Shown here: positions 19,189 to 29,659 of the stretch, piece after piece
Position numbering within the stretch: the stretch's first letter is position 1
Layout of the letters: each line of letters begins with the position of its first letter
Source: Candidatus Bathyarchaeota archaeon
GTDB lineage: Archaea; Thermoproteota; Bathyarchaeia; Bathyarchaeales; Bathycorpusculaceae
Direction: 5' to 3'
DNA: 64,000 bases
Assembly (NCBI GenBank): GCA_963775465.1
Contig: CAVZIW010000004.1
Span: 1-64,000, forward strand
Notes under the pieces: model-generated
The model's database searches: none
What the model was told of the DNA's origin: nothing
The model's input: the letters and a program-made list of their open reading frames with translations, nothing else
Program-made: the position numbers and the translations under genes

Positions 19189-19348
19189 AAGACTGACCCT
19201 CTTTAAGCGTCTACAAATAAAAGTCAAATAAACGTCGATTAATAGAGGAGTCTCAAAATGGCACTATTCTTATTTCGTCGCAATAGTTCGTAGAAAGCAA
19301 TGAATTATTAGAGACCAAATCGAGTCCGATAAAGGTTATTAAAATTTT

Positions 19349-20059
19349 TTGAATTCTTTTGACCTCTGTAGTGAGTTTATGTATTTATTAGATTGCTTTT
19401 TCATATTTTTGAGAATGCAACCCAAAAAGAAAAAGGACCACTTTAACCATTTGGACCAGTATAGGTACCCAACTGGCTTTCAAGGAAAAAGAGTCGCCGC
19501 ACATATGAACCAAGCACACAAAGACTTGACAACTTGGGGTCTGAAACACGTTAAAGTTGAACCAGAGTTTGTTGTTTTAGATGTAGGTTGCGGAGGCGGA
19601 AAAACCATAAGCAGACTTGCGAGGCGCGCCTTTGAAGGGAAAGTGTACGGTATCGACCACTCAGTGGACATGGTGAATTATTCAAAAGAAGTCAACAATA
19701 AACTCGTTGCCCAAAACCGCGTAGAAATACTCAAAGGCTCAGTCGATAAGACAAATTTTAAGGATACATTCTTTGATCTAGTAACGGCAATTGAGACTTA
19801 CTATTTTTGGTCCGACCTTCCAAAGACTTTCCATGAGATAAGAAGAATCCTCAAGACCGGCGGGTCTCTGCTTATTGTGAATGAAATGGTTAAGGACGGA
19901 GTCTTCGAGGTTGAGAACGCTGAAATTATTGCTAAGACTCACGTTCACCTTTTGCCGTTGGCTGAGATTAAGGAGTTATTGCTTTCGGAGAGTTTTGTGA
20001 GTTTGAAGGTATTTAGAAAGCATAAATCACCTTGGAATGCAATTCTTGCTAAAAAATGA
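19349..20059 (+). CDS. Class I SAM-dependent methyltransferase (likely start ATG 19415)
   Basis: VLDVGCGGG motif I; FDLVTAIETYYFW; RILKTGG. Confidence 0.9.
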   Translation: MNSFDLCSEFMYLLDCFFIFLRMQPKKKKDHFNHLDQYRYPTGFQGKRVAAHMNQAHKDLTTWGLKHVKVEPEFVVLDVGCGGGKTISRLARRAFEGKVYGIDHSVDMVNYSKEVNNKLVAQNRVEILKGSVDKTNFKDTFFDLVTAIETYYFWSDLPKTFHEIRRILKTGGSLLIVNEMVKDGVFEVENAEIIAKTHVHLLPLAEIKELLLSESFVSLKVFRKHKSPWNAILAKK

Positions 20060-20123
20060 GCGTTTTCTCCATTTGTTGAGTAAAGGAGCGAAACGTTTCT
20101 GTTAGTTGTTTTTTGGAGTGATT

Positions 20124-20720
20124 CTACTTTTTTGAAACGAAGCTGTTTTCTTTAATGTAAAAACGCCAGGGTTTGTTTTTCCATTCACCCGCGTAATCCA
20201 CGCCGACACGTGTAGCTTCCACTATGTCCCTTTTAGGTATTGTTGGTGCTTCTCTAATGTAGAGTGGTGGGGAAGTTATGTCTATTTTGTTCTGAGCTTT
20301 TGATATATCCATTGCCATGCAAAGCCTGCTTGGACCACTAGTTAGGTTAATGAGTTTTTTTGCAACATCGCCTCGGCGTTTAGCCATAATTTTTTTGCCG
20401 TCTATGGGTTCGAGCGCTCTGAGAAGGACGGCTTCTGGCTTTCCGGCAACGTTGCCGGCTGTTATGTTAAAGCAGTAATAAAGCCCATAGATAAAATATA
20501 CATAGGCGTGCCCTTTTTGGCCGAACATTATTTCGTTTCGAGGTGTTCTTCGTCCTCCTGAACTGTGCGCGGCTTGGTCTTCGGGTCCCCGGTAAGCCTC
20601 TGTTTCAACTATTCTGCCCGTTGTTGTGCCCTGCGAAGATTCATGAACTAAGATTTTTCCAAGTAGGTCTTTGGCAACTGTTATAGTGTCACGTTCATAG
20701 AAGGGTCGTTGTAAGATCAT
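20124..20720 (-). CDS. DNA-3-methyladenine glycosylase (MPG/AAG family)
   Basis: GRIVETEAY, YVYFIYG, AVLLRALEP, GPSRLC, RVGV, PWRF. Confidence 0.95.
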   Translation of the reverse strand: MILQRPFYERDTITVAKDLLGKILVHESSQGTTTGRIVETEAYRGPEDQAAHSSGGRRTPRNEIMFGQKGHAYVYFIYGLYYCFNITAGNVAGKPEAVLLRALEPIDGKKIMAKRRGDVAKKLINLTSGPSRLCMAMDISKAQNKIDITSPPLYIREAPTIPKRDIVEATRVGVDYAGEWKNKPWRFYIKENSFVSKK

Positions 20721-20777
20721 AACTGTGGATTAGCTAACCAAACAAATAAGCATAGCACATTTCTGCTTCTCTTGTAA

Positions 20778-20814
20778 TGTTTCAAATCTGTTTCAGTTCT
20801 GTTTCAGGCAACTA
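20778..20814 (+). promoter_or_regulatory. Three TGTTTCA direct repeats with 11-bp period just upstream of a TATA-like box
   Basis: TGTTTCA at 20778, 20789, 20800; CTATAAG near 20815. Confidence 0.6.
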
Positions 20815-20858
20815 CTATAAGCCTTTATGCACATATACTAATATGGTGATAAAACAAA

Positions 20859-21167
20859 ATGCAGAAAACAAAAATCGCAATAGCCTTAGTCGCAGTCGCA
20901 GCACTAACATTGGTCGCAGTCGGCTTAGCTTCAGCCCAAATTGGCGCTAACCAAACCTACACAAGCACAACCCCCAACCAAGCCCCGAACAATGGATTCT
21001 TGGGTTGGATAGGCAACTGCTTCGGATACGGATACAACCAGCCCTACAATGGTCAATATGTTACGCCTCAAGCGCCAACAGATGGATCAGTTCCTGCGCC
21101 TGCCCCCTATCAAGGCGGCTATAACTATGGATATGGTTATGGCTACGGACCCTGCTGGGCAAGATAA
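20859..21167 (+). CDS. Small secreted Gly/Tyr/Pro-rich protein
   Basis: GGTGA SD, signal peptide, GYGYGYGPCW tail. Confidence 0.75.
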   Translation: MQKTKIAIALVAVAALTLVAVGLASAQIGANQTYTSTTPNQAPNNGFLGWIGNCFGYGYNQPYNGQYVTPQAPTDGSVPAPAPYQGGYNYGYGYGYGPCWAR

Positions 21168-21196
21168 ACACCCAGCTCTTTTTTCTAATTTTTCTG

Positions 21197-23788
21197 TTAT
21201 TTATTCTTGAAAACTAATTTCCCATTTTTTTCGTCGACTACAATGGCTACGTTTTTGTCTACTTTGTCTTCTAAGATCATTTTTGATAGTTCGTTTAGCA
21301 AGTTTTTCTGAATCACTCGTTTTATTGGTCTGGCACCGAATTGTGGGTCATATCCGATGGTAGCGATGTAGTCTATGGCTTTTTTGGTGACGTCTAGGTT
21401 TATGCTGCTTTTTTCAAGTGTTTTCTTGATGAGATTTATTTGGAGCTCCACTATTTTTCTCACTTCTTGTTGCGTTAGGGATTGGAACATGATTATTTCG
21501 TCGATGCGGTTTAGGAATTCTGGTTTAATGCTTCTTTTCAGCAAATCGAATACTTGTTTTCGTGTTTGATTTATGATTTCTTCTCTGTTTTGATCGTTGA
21601 TTTTTTCGAGGTTTTCTTGGATTAGGTGGGAGCCAATGTTTGAGGTCATTATGATTATCGTGTTTTTGAAGTCTACGGTTCGGCCTTTGTTGTCTGTTAG
21701 TCTGCCGTCGTCAAGGACTTGAAGCAATATGTTGAAAACATCCGGGTGTGCCTTTTCGATTTCATCAAGGAGAACAACTGCGTATGGTTTTCTTCTGATA
21801 GCTTCAGTTAGCTGTCCGCTTTCTTCGTAGCCTACATATCCGGGCGGTGCACCTATGAGTCTTGAGACGGTGTGCCGTTCTTGATATTCTGACATGTCAA
21901 TTCTAACTAGGTTGTTTTCGTTGTTGAATAGGAATTCAGCTAGAGCTTTTGCTAATTCGGTTTTTCCAACTCCAGTCGTGCCTAAAAATATGAATGAGCC
22001 AATTGGTCGTTTGGGATCTTGCAAGCCTGCACGATTCCTTCTAATCGCATCCGACACTGCACTGATTGCTTCTTCTTGTCCGACAACCCGTATATGTAGT
22101 TCTGTTTCTAGGTTAAGCAGTTTCTGTTTTTCATTTTGGAGCATTCGGCTAACTGGAATACCTGTCCACCGGCAAACTACTTCAGCGATTTCTTCAGCAT
22201 CAACTTCTTCGTTGACTAGGGCTGATTCTTTCTGGATCTCCGAGAGTTTTTTCTTTAACGTTACAATTGTTTTTTCTGCTTCGGGAATTTTGCCGTAGCG
22301 AATTTCTGCAACTTTCCCAAGATCGCCCGTGCGGTTAGCAGTTTCTTCTTCGAATCTAAGTTGTTCAATTTCGTTTTTCTTTACCTGAATCTTATCAACT
22401 AATTCCTTTTCAGATTTCCATTTTGCCCTAAGTTGATTGCGCTCATCGCTAAGGTTTGCGATCTCCTCATTTAGCGACTTAAGTTTTGCTTCATCTTTTT
22501 CGCGTTTTATAGCTTCTCGTTCGATCTCTAGTTGGCGAATTTTTCGGTCTAATGATTCGAGCTCTTCGGGTGCAGAGTTTATTTCGAGTCGAAGTTTTGA
22601 TGCTGCTTCGTCAATTAGGTCGATTGCTTTATCCGGCAAAAAGCGGTCAGAAATGTATCTTTGGGAAAGCTCTACAGCTGCAATTATGGCTTCATCTTTG
22701 ATTCTGACGTGGTGATATACTTCGTATCGTTCTTTTAGTCCTCGAAGAATAGAAATTGCATCCAAGGTGTCGGGTTCGTTGACCATAACTGGCTGAAAAC
22801 GTCTTTCCAAAGCTTTGTCTTTTTCAAAGTATTTTTGATATTCGTTTAGAGTGGTGGCACCGATTGCACGCAGTTCGCCTCTGGCTAAGGCGGGTTTCAG
22901 GATGTTTGCAGCGTCCATTGCTCCTTCACCGCCGCCGGCTCCGACTAGAGTGTGAATCTCATCGATGAATAACACGATGTCCCCTTCAGCTGCGACAACT
23001 TCTTTAACCACACTTTTTAGGCGTTCTTCGAATTCACCTTTGAATTTTGCACCTGCAATAAGAGCACTCATGTCCAGGGAGTAGATTTGTTTTGATTTCA
23101 GGTTCTCCGGGACGTCCCCGTTTATTATGCGGTGGGCTATTCCTTCTGCTATTGCGGTCTTTCCAACTCCTGGCTCGCCGATTAGAATTGGGTTATTTTT
23201 GGTTCTTCGGGATAGAATCTGAAGGACACGTCGGATTTCTTCGTCTCGTCCGATGACAGGGTCCAGTTTTCCTTTTCTTGCCATGTCGTTTAGGTTGATT
23301 GCGTATTTGTTGAGTGCGTTGTAGGTTTCTTCTGCGGTTTGAGAAGTAACTTTTGATCCTTTGCGGAGTTGTTTGATTGCTTCTTTCAGGTCTTTTTCGG
23401 TGACGCCGTAGGATTGAAGTAGTTTTGATGCGGCATCATTTAGCGATAAGATTCCCAATAGCATGTGCTCGATTGAGATAAATTGGTCTTTTGATGCTGA
23501 AGCTAAATCGGAGGCTTTCTGAAGCGCCCGATTAGAATTGGGTGAGAGAAATTGTTGTCCTCCAGATACTTTGGGTAAAGAACTTATTAGATTATCAAGT
23601 GCTTTTGAGAAAGAATCAAGGTTAACGTTTAGTTTTTGCAGCAAATATGGAACTACGTTTTCGTCAACCATTAATATTGCTTTTAGTATATGCACAGCTT
23701 CGATTGGTTGATTCTGGTTTGACGCTGCAATTTGGGTTGCTTTCTCAATTGCTTCCTGCGACTTAATGGTAAGATCATTCAAGTTCAT
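21197..23788 (-). CDS. clpB: ATP-dependent chaperone ClpB
   Basis: Clp N repeats, [14 protein letters not shown], long middle coiled coil, [21 protein letters not shown]. Confidence 0.96.
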   Translation of the reverse strand: MNLNDLTIKSQEAIEKATQIAASNQNQPIEAVHILKAILMVDENVVPYLLQKLNVNLDSFSKALDNLISSLPKVSGGQQFLSPNSNRALQKASDLASASKDQFISIEHMLLGILSLNDAASKLLQSYGVTEKDLKEAIKQLRKGSKVTSQTAEETYNALNKYAINLNDMARKGKLDPVIGRDEEIRRVLQILSRRTKNNPILIGEPGVGKTAIAEGIAHRIINGDVPENLKSKQIYSLDMSALIAGAKFKGEFEERLKSVVKEVVAAEGDIVLFIDEIHTLVGAGGGEGAMDAANILKPALARGELRAIGATTLNEYQKYFEKDKALERRFQPVMVNEPDTLDAISILRGLKERYEVYHHVRIKDEAIIAAVELSQRYISDRFLPDKAIDLIDEAASKLRLEINSAPEELESLDRKIRQLEIEREAIKREKDEAKLKSLNEEIANLSDERNQLRAKWKSEKELVDKIQVKKNEIEQLRFEEETANRTGDLGKVAEIRYGKIPEAEKTIVTLKKKLSEIQKESALVNEEVDAEEIAEVVCRWTGIPVSRMLQNEKQKLLNLETELHIRVVGQEEAISAVSDAIRRNRAGLQDPKRPIGSFIFLGTTGVGKTELAKALAEFLFNNENNLVRIDMSEYQERHTVSRLIGAPPGYVGYEESGQLTEAIRRKPYAVVLLDEIEKAHPDVFNILLQVLDDGRLTDNKGRTVDFKNTIIIMTSNIGSHLIQENLEKINDQNREEIINQTRKQVFDLLKRSIKPEFLNRIDEIIMFQSLTQQEVRKIVELQINLIKKTLEKSSINLDVTKKAIDYIATIGYDPQFGARPIKRVIQKNLLNELSKMILEDKVDKNVAIVVDEKNGKLVFKNK

Positions 23789-24655
23789 TCTATAATAACC
23801 TCCCTATCTTAGAATTTCTGAATCTGAATATAGGCATTATTCTACTTAAACAAAGAATCCCATGGGCTACTATGGGTCTAATCGCCAAACAATTTTAATA
23901 GTATTTTCGAAAACTTGAACATTTTCCTTGGACAGCATCACGTCTTTGCCAACTGCCTCAATATTCCCAGCTATTTATATTCCCAGTATACCCTCTTTGG
24001 TTTTATAGGATGTGTGCATAATTTTAAATCCAGTATGCGCCTTTTCATCTTCATGAAAACCCAAGAAGCTGTAAGACTTATCGTCAACAAATCAATCCAT
24101 TCCAAAAAAACCAAAAGATGGAAAACCCAAGATATACACGTCTAAAGGGAATCAGAAATTAAAAATTTAGAAAAAGGCATCTGCATAGTTGAAAACCTTG
24201 TGCCTTCAATCTATCAAGAATAAAACTGTCTTAATTGCCGGATAAAAAAATTAAATATATGGCCGAACATGTGAGATCGGAAGAACAACAAGAGAACAAC
24301 AAGAATTTTTTAGGTTCTGTTGTTCTAGCAGACAAACAAAATAACTGAAAATAATGGCGCAACTAATTTTTGCACGCTCCTAAACTAAATATAATCGAGC
24401 AAAAAGCCATTCCAATCGAAGAACCATGAAACTGCGCATTCTCAGATTTCAAAGAGATCTTGTTAGATGAAAATGCTTCGATGAGCCTTGCAGTTGTTTT
24501 TGACGTTTCTGACCAAACATCTAGTTGCAATAAGCAATCTTTTGACCATTGATATCCTTGATTGTAAGGCTGATTTTTAATCAACAAAGATCTTCGCTTC
24601 TCGATTTACATGCTTCAAAGGTTAACGAAGATTATACAAATAAAATAGGAAGAAC

Positions 24656-25087
24656 TCACCAGACGCCTTCCGTTCCGCGTACTTCAAAATGTTCAGTCGC
24701 AGCAGTATGCATAAAGGTCATCTGAACCGAATTATAGCCCCCGCCATTAGTTAGAATATAGCGATCTGGATTTTGTTCGTAGTACTTCCAGACTAATGAG
24801 ATATTGCCCCAAAGCAAATCCGACGGAATTGTTATCTTAAAGAAAACAGTCTCTCTGCATGAGCCAACAAAATCAAGCGAAACAAATTTCAAATTGGATT
24901 GAGATAAAGTGACTTTTGGCGCAGAATCCCAGTTAGTTAAAACAGTTATTGTGTAGGTTTTCTGCCCCACAGAAATAGGGTAAGTATAGAGTTTGTTTCC
25001 TGCTAACTCAAACCACAGAATCCCAGTTGCCGCAGTTACAACCAAAAGCAGAACAACGGCAATTAATGCCAACATTTTTCTCTTCAT
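24656..25087 (-). CDS. Membrane-anchored/secreted hypothetical protein
   Basis: N-terminal hydrophobic helix followed by a beta-rich domain. Confidence 0.7.
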   Translation of the reverse strand: MKRKMLALIAVVLLLVVTAATGILWFELAGNKLYTYPISVGQKTYTITVLTNWDSAPKVTLSQSNLKFVSLDFVGSCRETVFFKITIPSDLLWGNISLVWKYYEQNPDRYILTNGGGYNSVQMTFMHTAATEHFEVRGTEGVW

Positions 25088-25307
25088 AGCGTAATTAATG
25101 AATAGACTTTTGTTTCTTATAGCTGTTTATTTTAGAGACTCAACAAGCCAGAGCTAGCTACTTTTATCAAAGCAAAAATTGATCTCTAGATCGTTTTAAA
25201 TTACATCCACTTTGTTTATATTTTTGATACTTTTGGATGCAGAGTATAGCTTTGATTTCTTTTGCTTGCAGGTAAATCCTAGGAAACCTTCTGTTCCAGT
25301 AGAATTA

Positions 25308-25991
25308 TTAATTTGGTGAAAGTTGCCCATCAGGATTCTTATTGATAGACCCTGTCACCCAGTCTGAGAGTGCTATTTCGTTAGTGTTGCCGAACTCTTT
25401 GACAGTTACGATACCTCGTTTGGCAAATCGAGCCACGATGCGATGGGTTTTTAGTCTACTTAACCCAGCTTCTTTTGTAACGTATTTTTGCAGGTACTTT
25501 CCCTTGTGGTTGATTAAAACGTTAATCACTTTTTGTTCTTCCGAAGTCATAGTTTTCAAAAGGACATCACAACTGTTCGACACATTTGATTCAGTAGCAG
25601 AAGCAACCAGTGAATCCTTTGCTTTAGCGATAACATTCCCCTTTGTGATACTGGTTGGAGTGCACGCGTCTTTGGGTTTAACGTATCTGAGCTCAGGCAA
25701 ATACAAGTAGAATCCTATACCTATTATTGCAGATGCAACGACACCGATTAACGCCACAGGAATTATCCACAAATATGATGCTGTGACAGTTCCAGAATCA
25801 CCGGCGCCCATCATTCCGCCCATTCCATAGTTGCTATCTGTGCCTAAGTGGGGACCCCACATTTGACTCATCCAACTTGAATCATAATAGGATGGTGCAG
25901 TGACGGAGAAATAGTAAGCGATCAATGCAAGAGTTAACAGAACAGCTAAGGTAACTATCAGAATGAACAGCAAAATGTGCAATCTTCGCAT
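25308..25991 (-). CDS. Membrane-bound wHTH transcriptional regulator with Met/Gly-rich loop
   Basis: Two TM helices, GMGGMMG loop, C-terminal EEQKVINVL...LSRLKTHRIVARFAKRGIV...GNTNEI. Confidence 0.8.
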   Translation of the reverse strand: MRRLHILLFILIVTLAVLLTLALIAYYFSVTAPSYYDSSWMSQMWGPHLGTDSNYGMGGMMGAGDSGTVTASYLWIIPVALIGVVASAIIGIGFYLYLPELRYVKPKDACTPTSITKGNVIAKAKDSLVASATESNVSNSCDVLLKTMTSEEQKVINVLINHKGKYLQKYVTKEAGLSRLKTHRIVARFAKRGIVTVKEFGNTNEIALSDWVTGSINKNPDGQLSPN

Positions 25992-26222
25992 AAATAATGA
26001 ACCTTGATGCGACGAAATAAGGTTTATGGAAAGTCTTAAGCTTTTTATTGCTGAATTTATGAAGTAACTTTTTCAGCTGTGTTTCAGGAAACTATCTTAC
26101 AGTTCGAAGGACATGTTACATGTAAGGTGAAGAAGAAGGGTTTGCCACAGCTTTTATCTGGGCTTCGTTGCAAGAATATTCTCTTTAGATGTTAATTCGG
26201 TAAAATTTAAGAGGGCGTAAAC

Positions 26223-26603
26223 ATGTTAGAATATTCGAAGGAAAAAACGTTGACGGAAAAACCCGAGATCGACATGACAATATACAACATGCAAGCACAA
26301 ATATCGAAAACATTGGCAAATCCTATCCGGCTCGCAATTCTTCACACACTAAGAGACGGAGAGAAGAGCGTCAATGAACTTGTCGATATCTTGGGAATTA
26401 GCCAGTCAAACCTATCCCAGCATTTAGCTTTAATGGGGCAAGTCGACATCCTAAGAACTAGAAGACAAGGAACAAATGTCTTCCACAGAGTAACAAACCC
26501 AAAGATCAACAGAGCATGTGACACAATCCGAGAGGTCCTGATAGACCAGCTTCAACAAAAGAAAGAGGTTGCAGACAACTATCACTCCGCTTCAACAAGC
26601 TAG
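26223..26603 (+). CDS. ArsR/SmtB family transcriptional regulator
   Basis: LANPIRLAIL, SVNEL, SQSNLSQHL, RRQG. Confidence 0.9.
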   Translation: MLEYSKEKTLTEKPEIDMTIYNMQAQISKTLANPIRLAILHTLRDGEKSVNELVDILGISQSNLSQHLALMGQVDILRTRRQGTNVFHRVTNPKINRACDTIREVLIDQLQQKKEVADNYHSASTS

Positions 26604-26738
26604 AGTGGGCAAGAATTGTTTCCTTTTGGTTTTGGCTACTAATCTTCTTCTGAAAAGCAGATAAACAAACCACAAAAGTACCTCGGACACAAATTAATTA
26701 TTAATAGGTAAGAACATAAATGGCGTACGGGACAACCC

Positions 26739-28538
26739 ATGACTTCCAAACTAACGTTTTACGGTGGAGTCGACGAAATTGGTGGCAACAAGATCTTGCT
26801 CCAAACAGAAGACGGCTGTGTTTTTTTGGATTTTGGCCGCCGAATGAATGAATACAGCAAGTTCTTCTCCGAATTCCTGGTTGCCCGTTCCAAGAATGCT
26901 TTGCGGGATTTGCTTCGGTTGAAAATTTTGCCCAAAATCGACGGCGTTTACACTCCTTATTTGGTTGATATGACGTTATTGTTCGAGAACGAGCAGGTTA
27001 ACAAGAAGGTTCCCTTGTATGAAGCGTTGGATTACTGGAAAACCACAGATGTTTGCCCTTGCACCCCTGAGCACGCAGCTGTCGAGGGGGTTTTTGTTTC
27101 GCACGCACATTTCGATCATATTCAAGACGTTAGTTTTCTAGATCCAAGTATTCCGGTTTACTGCACGGAAAAGACCAAGGTTTTGGCTAAGGCAATGACT
27201 GATGTTTCAGTTTCCGGAGTCGACGACCAATACTACAAAATCACCAAGAAGGTCATCATAAAACAAAAAGCTCCACTATTCAAAACACTCTGTCCAGGTG
27301 AATGTGCGTGCAGTGAAGAAAAAGAAAAAGAGCACCCACTGGTTGAAGACCACAAAACCAAATTCAAATTCACATACGATATAGCACCAAACTTCAGAGA
27401 GTTTAACACTGCTCCTGAGGGGCAAATAAAAAGCATAAAGTACAAATTGATTCCCGTTGGACACTCAGTACCCGGCGCCTGCTCAATTCTGCTCACTCTT
27501 CCAGACGGCAAACGCGTTCTCTATACAGGAGATGTAAGGTTCCATGGAGAGAGCGAGGTTTCAATCGATGATTATGTCAGCTCGATTGGTGGTCCTGTCG
27601 ATGTCTTAATTACAGAAGGAACCAGAGTTGACGAAGATGAAGTTTTAACGGAAAAACAGGTAGGCAAAGAAATTAGTGCTGACATTGGGCGAGCAAAAGG
27701 GTTAGTTCTAATTAACTTTGGCTGGAAGGATTTGACACGATTCAACACTGTGTACCAGGCAGCCAAAGAAAAGGGTCGCATCTTAGTAATTTCTCCCAAG
27801 CTTGCGTACCTGCTATATGAGATGTGTTGTAGTTTTCCAGAAGAGTACAAGGACCCAAGATCAATGGAATATCTTAAGGTTTACTTGAAGAGAGAAGGCG
27901 ACCTACTTTACTCCAAAGCTGACTACGACAAGTACAAAATGGGTTACCTGCATTATCATGGAAGAAACATAGCCCAAGACGACTGCAACATTGTACGTGT
28001 CGCAGAAAGGCTCAGAGTTGGCGGCAATCCAGACAACCCAAAAAATCCATTACCCCTTACATGCGAAAATGAGCCATACGATTTCAAAGAGGTCTATTCC
28101 CTCGCAACACACCACTTAGACAACGGAGTTAGAGCCTACCAAATAAGGCAAAGGCCAGAACAGTATGTCTTGATGTTTTCGTATTGGGATTCAAACGAGC
28201 TCTTTGACTTAATTCCACCCCAAACCAACTTTAAGATAAGGTATATTTCCGCATCAACTGAGCCCTTTAGCGAAGAAATGGAGATTGATGAAACAAAAAT
28301 GCTTCAATGGCTCGACTATTTTGGCGTCGATTACGATTTTGAAATCAAGGGAAAAAAGAAGATTTTCATGAGAAGACACGTTTCGGGACATGCATCCAAA
28401 CCGGAATTAAAAGAGCTTATAGAAAAAATAAATCCGGTAAAAATCATCCCAATTCACACAACCCACTGCGAGCTTTTCCAAGAAATGTTTAAAGATAAAA
28501 TAATTCATCCCAAATATTCGGTATCAATTCAAATATAA
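26739..28538 (+). CDS. MBL-fold beta-CASP nuclease (RNase J-like)
   Basis: GGVDEIGGNK, SHAHFDH, GHS, YTGD, EGT, HVSGH, PIH. Confidence 0.85.
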   Translation: MTSKLTFYGGVDEIGGNKILLQTEDGCVFLDFGRRMNEYSKFFSEFLVARSKNALRDLLRLKILPKIDGVYTPYLVDMTLLFENEQVNKKVPLYEALDYWKTTDVCPCTPEHAAVEGVFVSHAHFDHIQDVSFLDPSIPVYCTEKTKVLAKAMTDVSVSGVDDQYYKITKKVIIKQKAPLFKTLCPGECACSEEKEKEHPLVEDHKTKFKFTYDIAPNFREFNTAPEGQIKSIKYKLIPVGHSVPGACSILLTLPDGKRVLYTGDVRFHGESEVSIDDYVSSIGGPVDVLITEGTRVDEDEVLTEKQVGKEISADIGRAKGLVLINFGWKDLTRFNTVYQAAKEKGRILVISPKLAYLLYEMCCSFPEEYKDPRSMEYLKVYLKREGDLLYSKADYDKYKMGYLHYHGRNIAQDDCNIVRVAERLRVGGNPDNPKNPLPLTCENEPYDFKEVYSLATHHLDNGVRAYQIRQRPEQYVLMFSYWDSNELFDLIPPQTNFKIRYISASTEPFSEEMEIDETKMLQWLDYFGVDYDFEIKGKKKIFMRRHVSGHASKPELKELIEKINPVKIIPIHTTHCELFQEMFKDKIIHPKYSVSIQI

Positions 28539-28642
28539 CAAATTAATACCTAAACTGCCTAAGCAGACAAATATTAGCCAAACACCGACTCCAAATCGAA
28601 AAAACCTTATTACTATGTTAAACTTGGTTACTAACGAAAAAA

Positions 28643-29233
28643 ATGCAGCGGCTGAAAAATCTACGAGAAACACTAAAACAGGAAAGCGTTGGTCCCATAA
28701 TTCGCAGGTTCTTCATTAACACATTATTTGACTCAACTTTTATGCTGCTTGGAATAGTCGTGGGCTCAGCCTTCGCGGGTATAGCAGCTGGTTTGAACAT
28801 AATCATACTCACAATGCTAACAACAAGTCTTGCTTTAGGTATCTCAACGGGTGTGAGCGTCTATGAAGCTGAAAGCTTAGAACAAGAACGAAAAATCGCA
28901 GAACTAGAAAAAGCACTCTTCACTGACCTAAAAGATACAAGCATCCAAAAAAACGCTAAAACCATCATAATAATTGCCACTTTGATTAACTTTGCAACAC
29001 CATTGTTCTCATGCGCTGTAACAATCTCGCCCTTTATTCTTGCCTCAATAAAGATATTGCCTCTATATGTAGCAGGTTGGATTTCTGTAGCACTAGCCTT
29101 GAGCACATTATTCGGGGCAGGTGTTTACATGGGACGAATCGGAAAAACAAATCCTTTTAAAAAAGGGCTAAGGATGGTCGCCTTTGGACTGCTTGCTTTC
29201 GCCATAGGTTTTCTTTTACATCAACTCATTTGA
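28643..29233 (+). CDS. VIT1/CCC1-family membrane protein
   Basis: RRFFINTLFDS, GISTGVSVYEAESLE, five TM helices. Confidence 0.8.
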   Translation: MQRLKNLRETLKQESVGPIIRRFFINTLFDSTFMLLGIVVGSAFAGIAAGLNIIILTMLTTSLALGISTGVSVYEAESLEQERKIAELEKALFTDLKDTSIQKNAKTIIIIATLINFATPLFSCAVTISPFILASIKILPLYVAGWISVALALSTLFGAGVYMGRIGKTNPFKKGLRMVAFGLLAFAIGFLLHQLI

Positions 29234-29240
29234 ATAGCGA

Positions 29241-29528
29241 TTAAACAGTTGGTCTTTGTGAAATCTGCTTTACCTTAGACACGTTAACCTCGTCTACGCC
29301 TTTAACTGAAACACCGTTTTCCTGCAAAATACTCACAATTCCGCTATATTCAATATTGGCTCCTCTTACAGTGAGTTTTATTGTCTCAGTTTTTGCGTCT
29401 ACATCAGTTACCACGATATCACATTCTTCAACCCCGTTTGCAGCACAAATTGCCTGGGATAGTTCCACAAGAGAGGTTTCCCGTGCTTTAAGAGCCTCAA
29501 TTAAGACTCGTCGAATTGCAATTGTCAT
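29241..29528 (-). CDS. DUF211-family protein
   Basis: IRRVLIEALK...GVEECDIVVTDVDAKTETIKLTVRG...GVDEV; usual neighbour of archaeal VIT1-like genes. Confidence 0.8.
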   Translation of the reverse strand: MTIAIRRVLIEALKARETSLVELSQAICAANGVEECDIVVTDVDAKTETIKLTVRGANIEYSGIVSILQENGVSVKGVDEVNVSKVKQISQRPTV

Positions 29529-29659
29529 TACGTTTCTCCAATCCCTAAATACAAAGATTATATTTAAAACTCTTTTTCTAACTTTCAGGGAATTAATCCG
29601 TTTTATATTACTTGATCAAATTTAATAGTAACATATACGTACTATCGATTTGACGAATT

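Noticed and set aside
23915-24587. ORFs 23915..24145 and 24363..24587, and the AGAACAACAAG repeat/hairpin at ~24280-24325
   Set aside because: No SD, motif or coding-like composition; the repeat is short and low-complexity.
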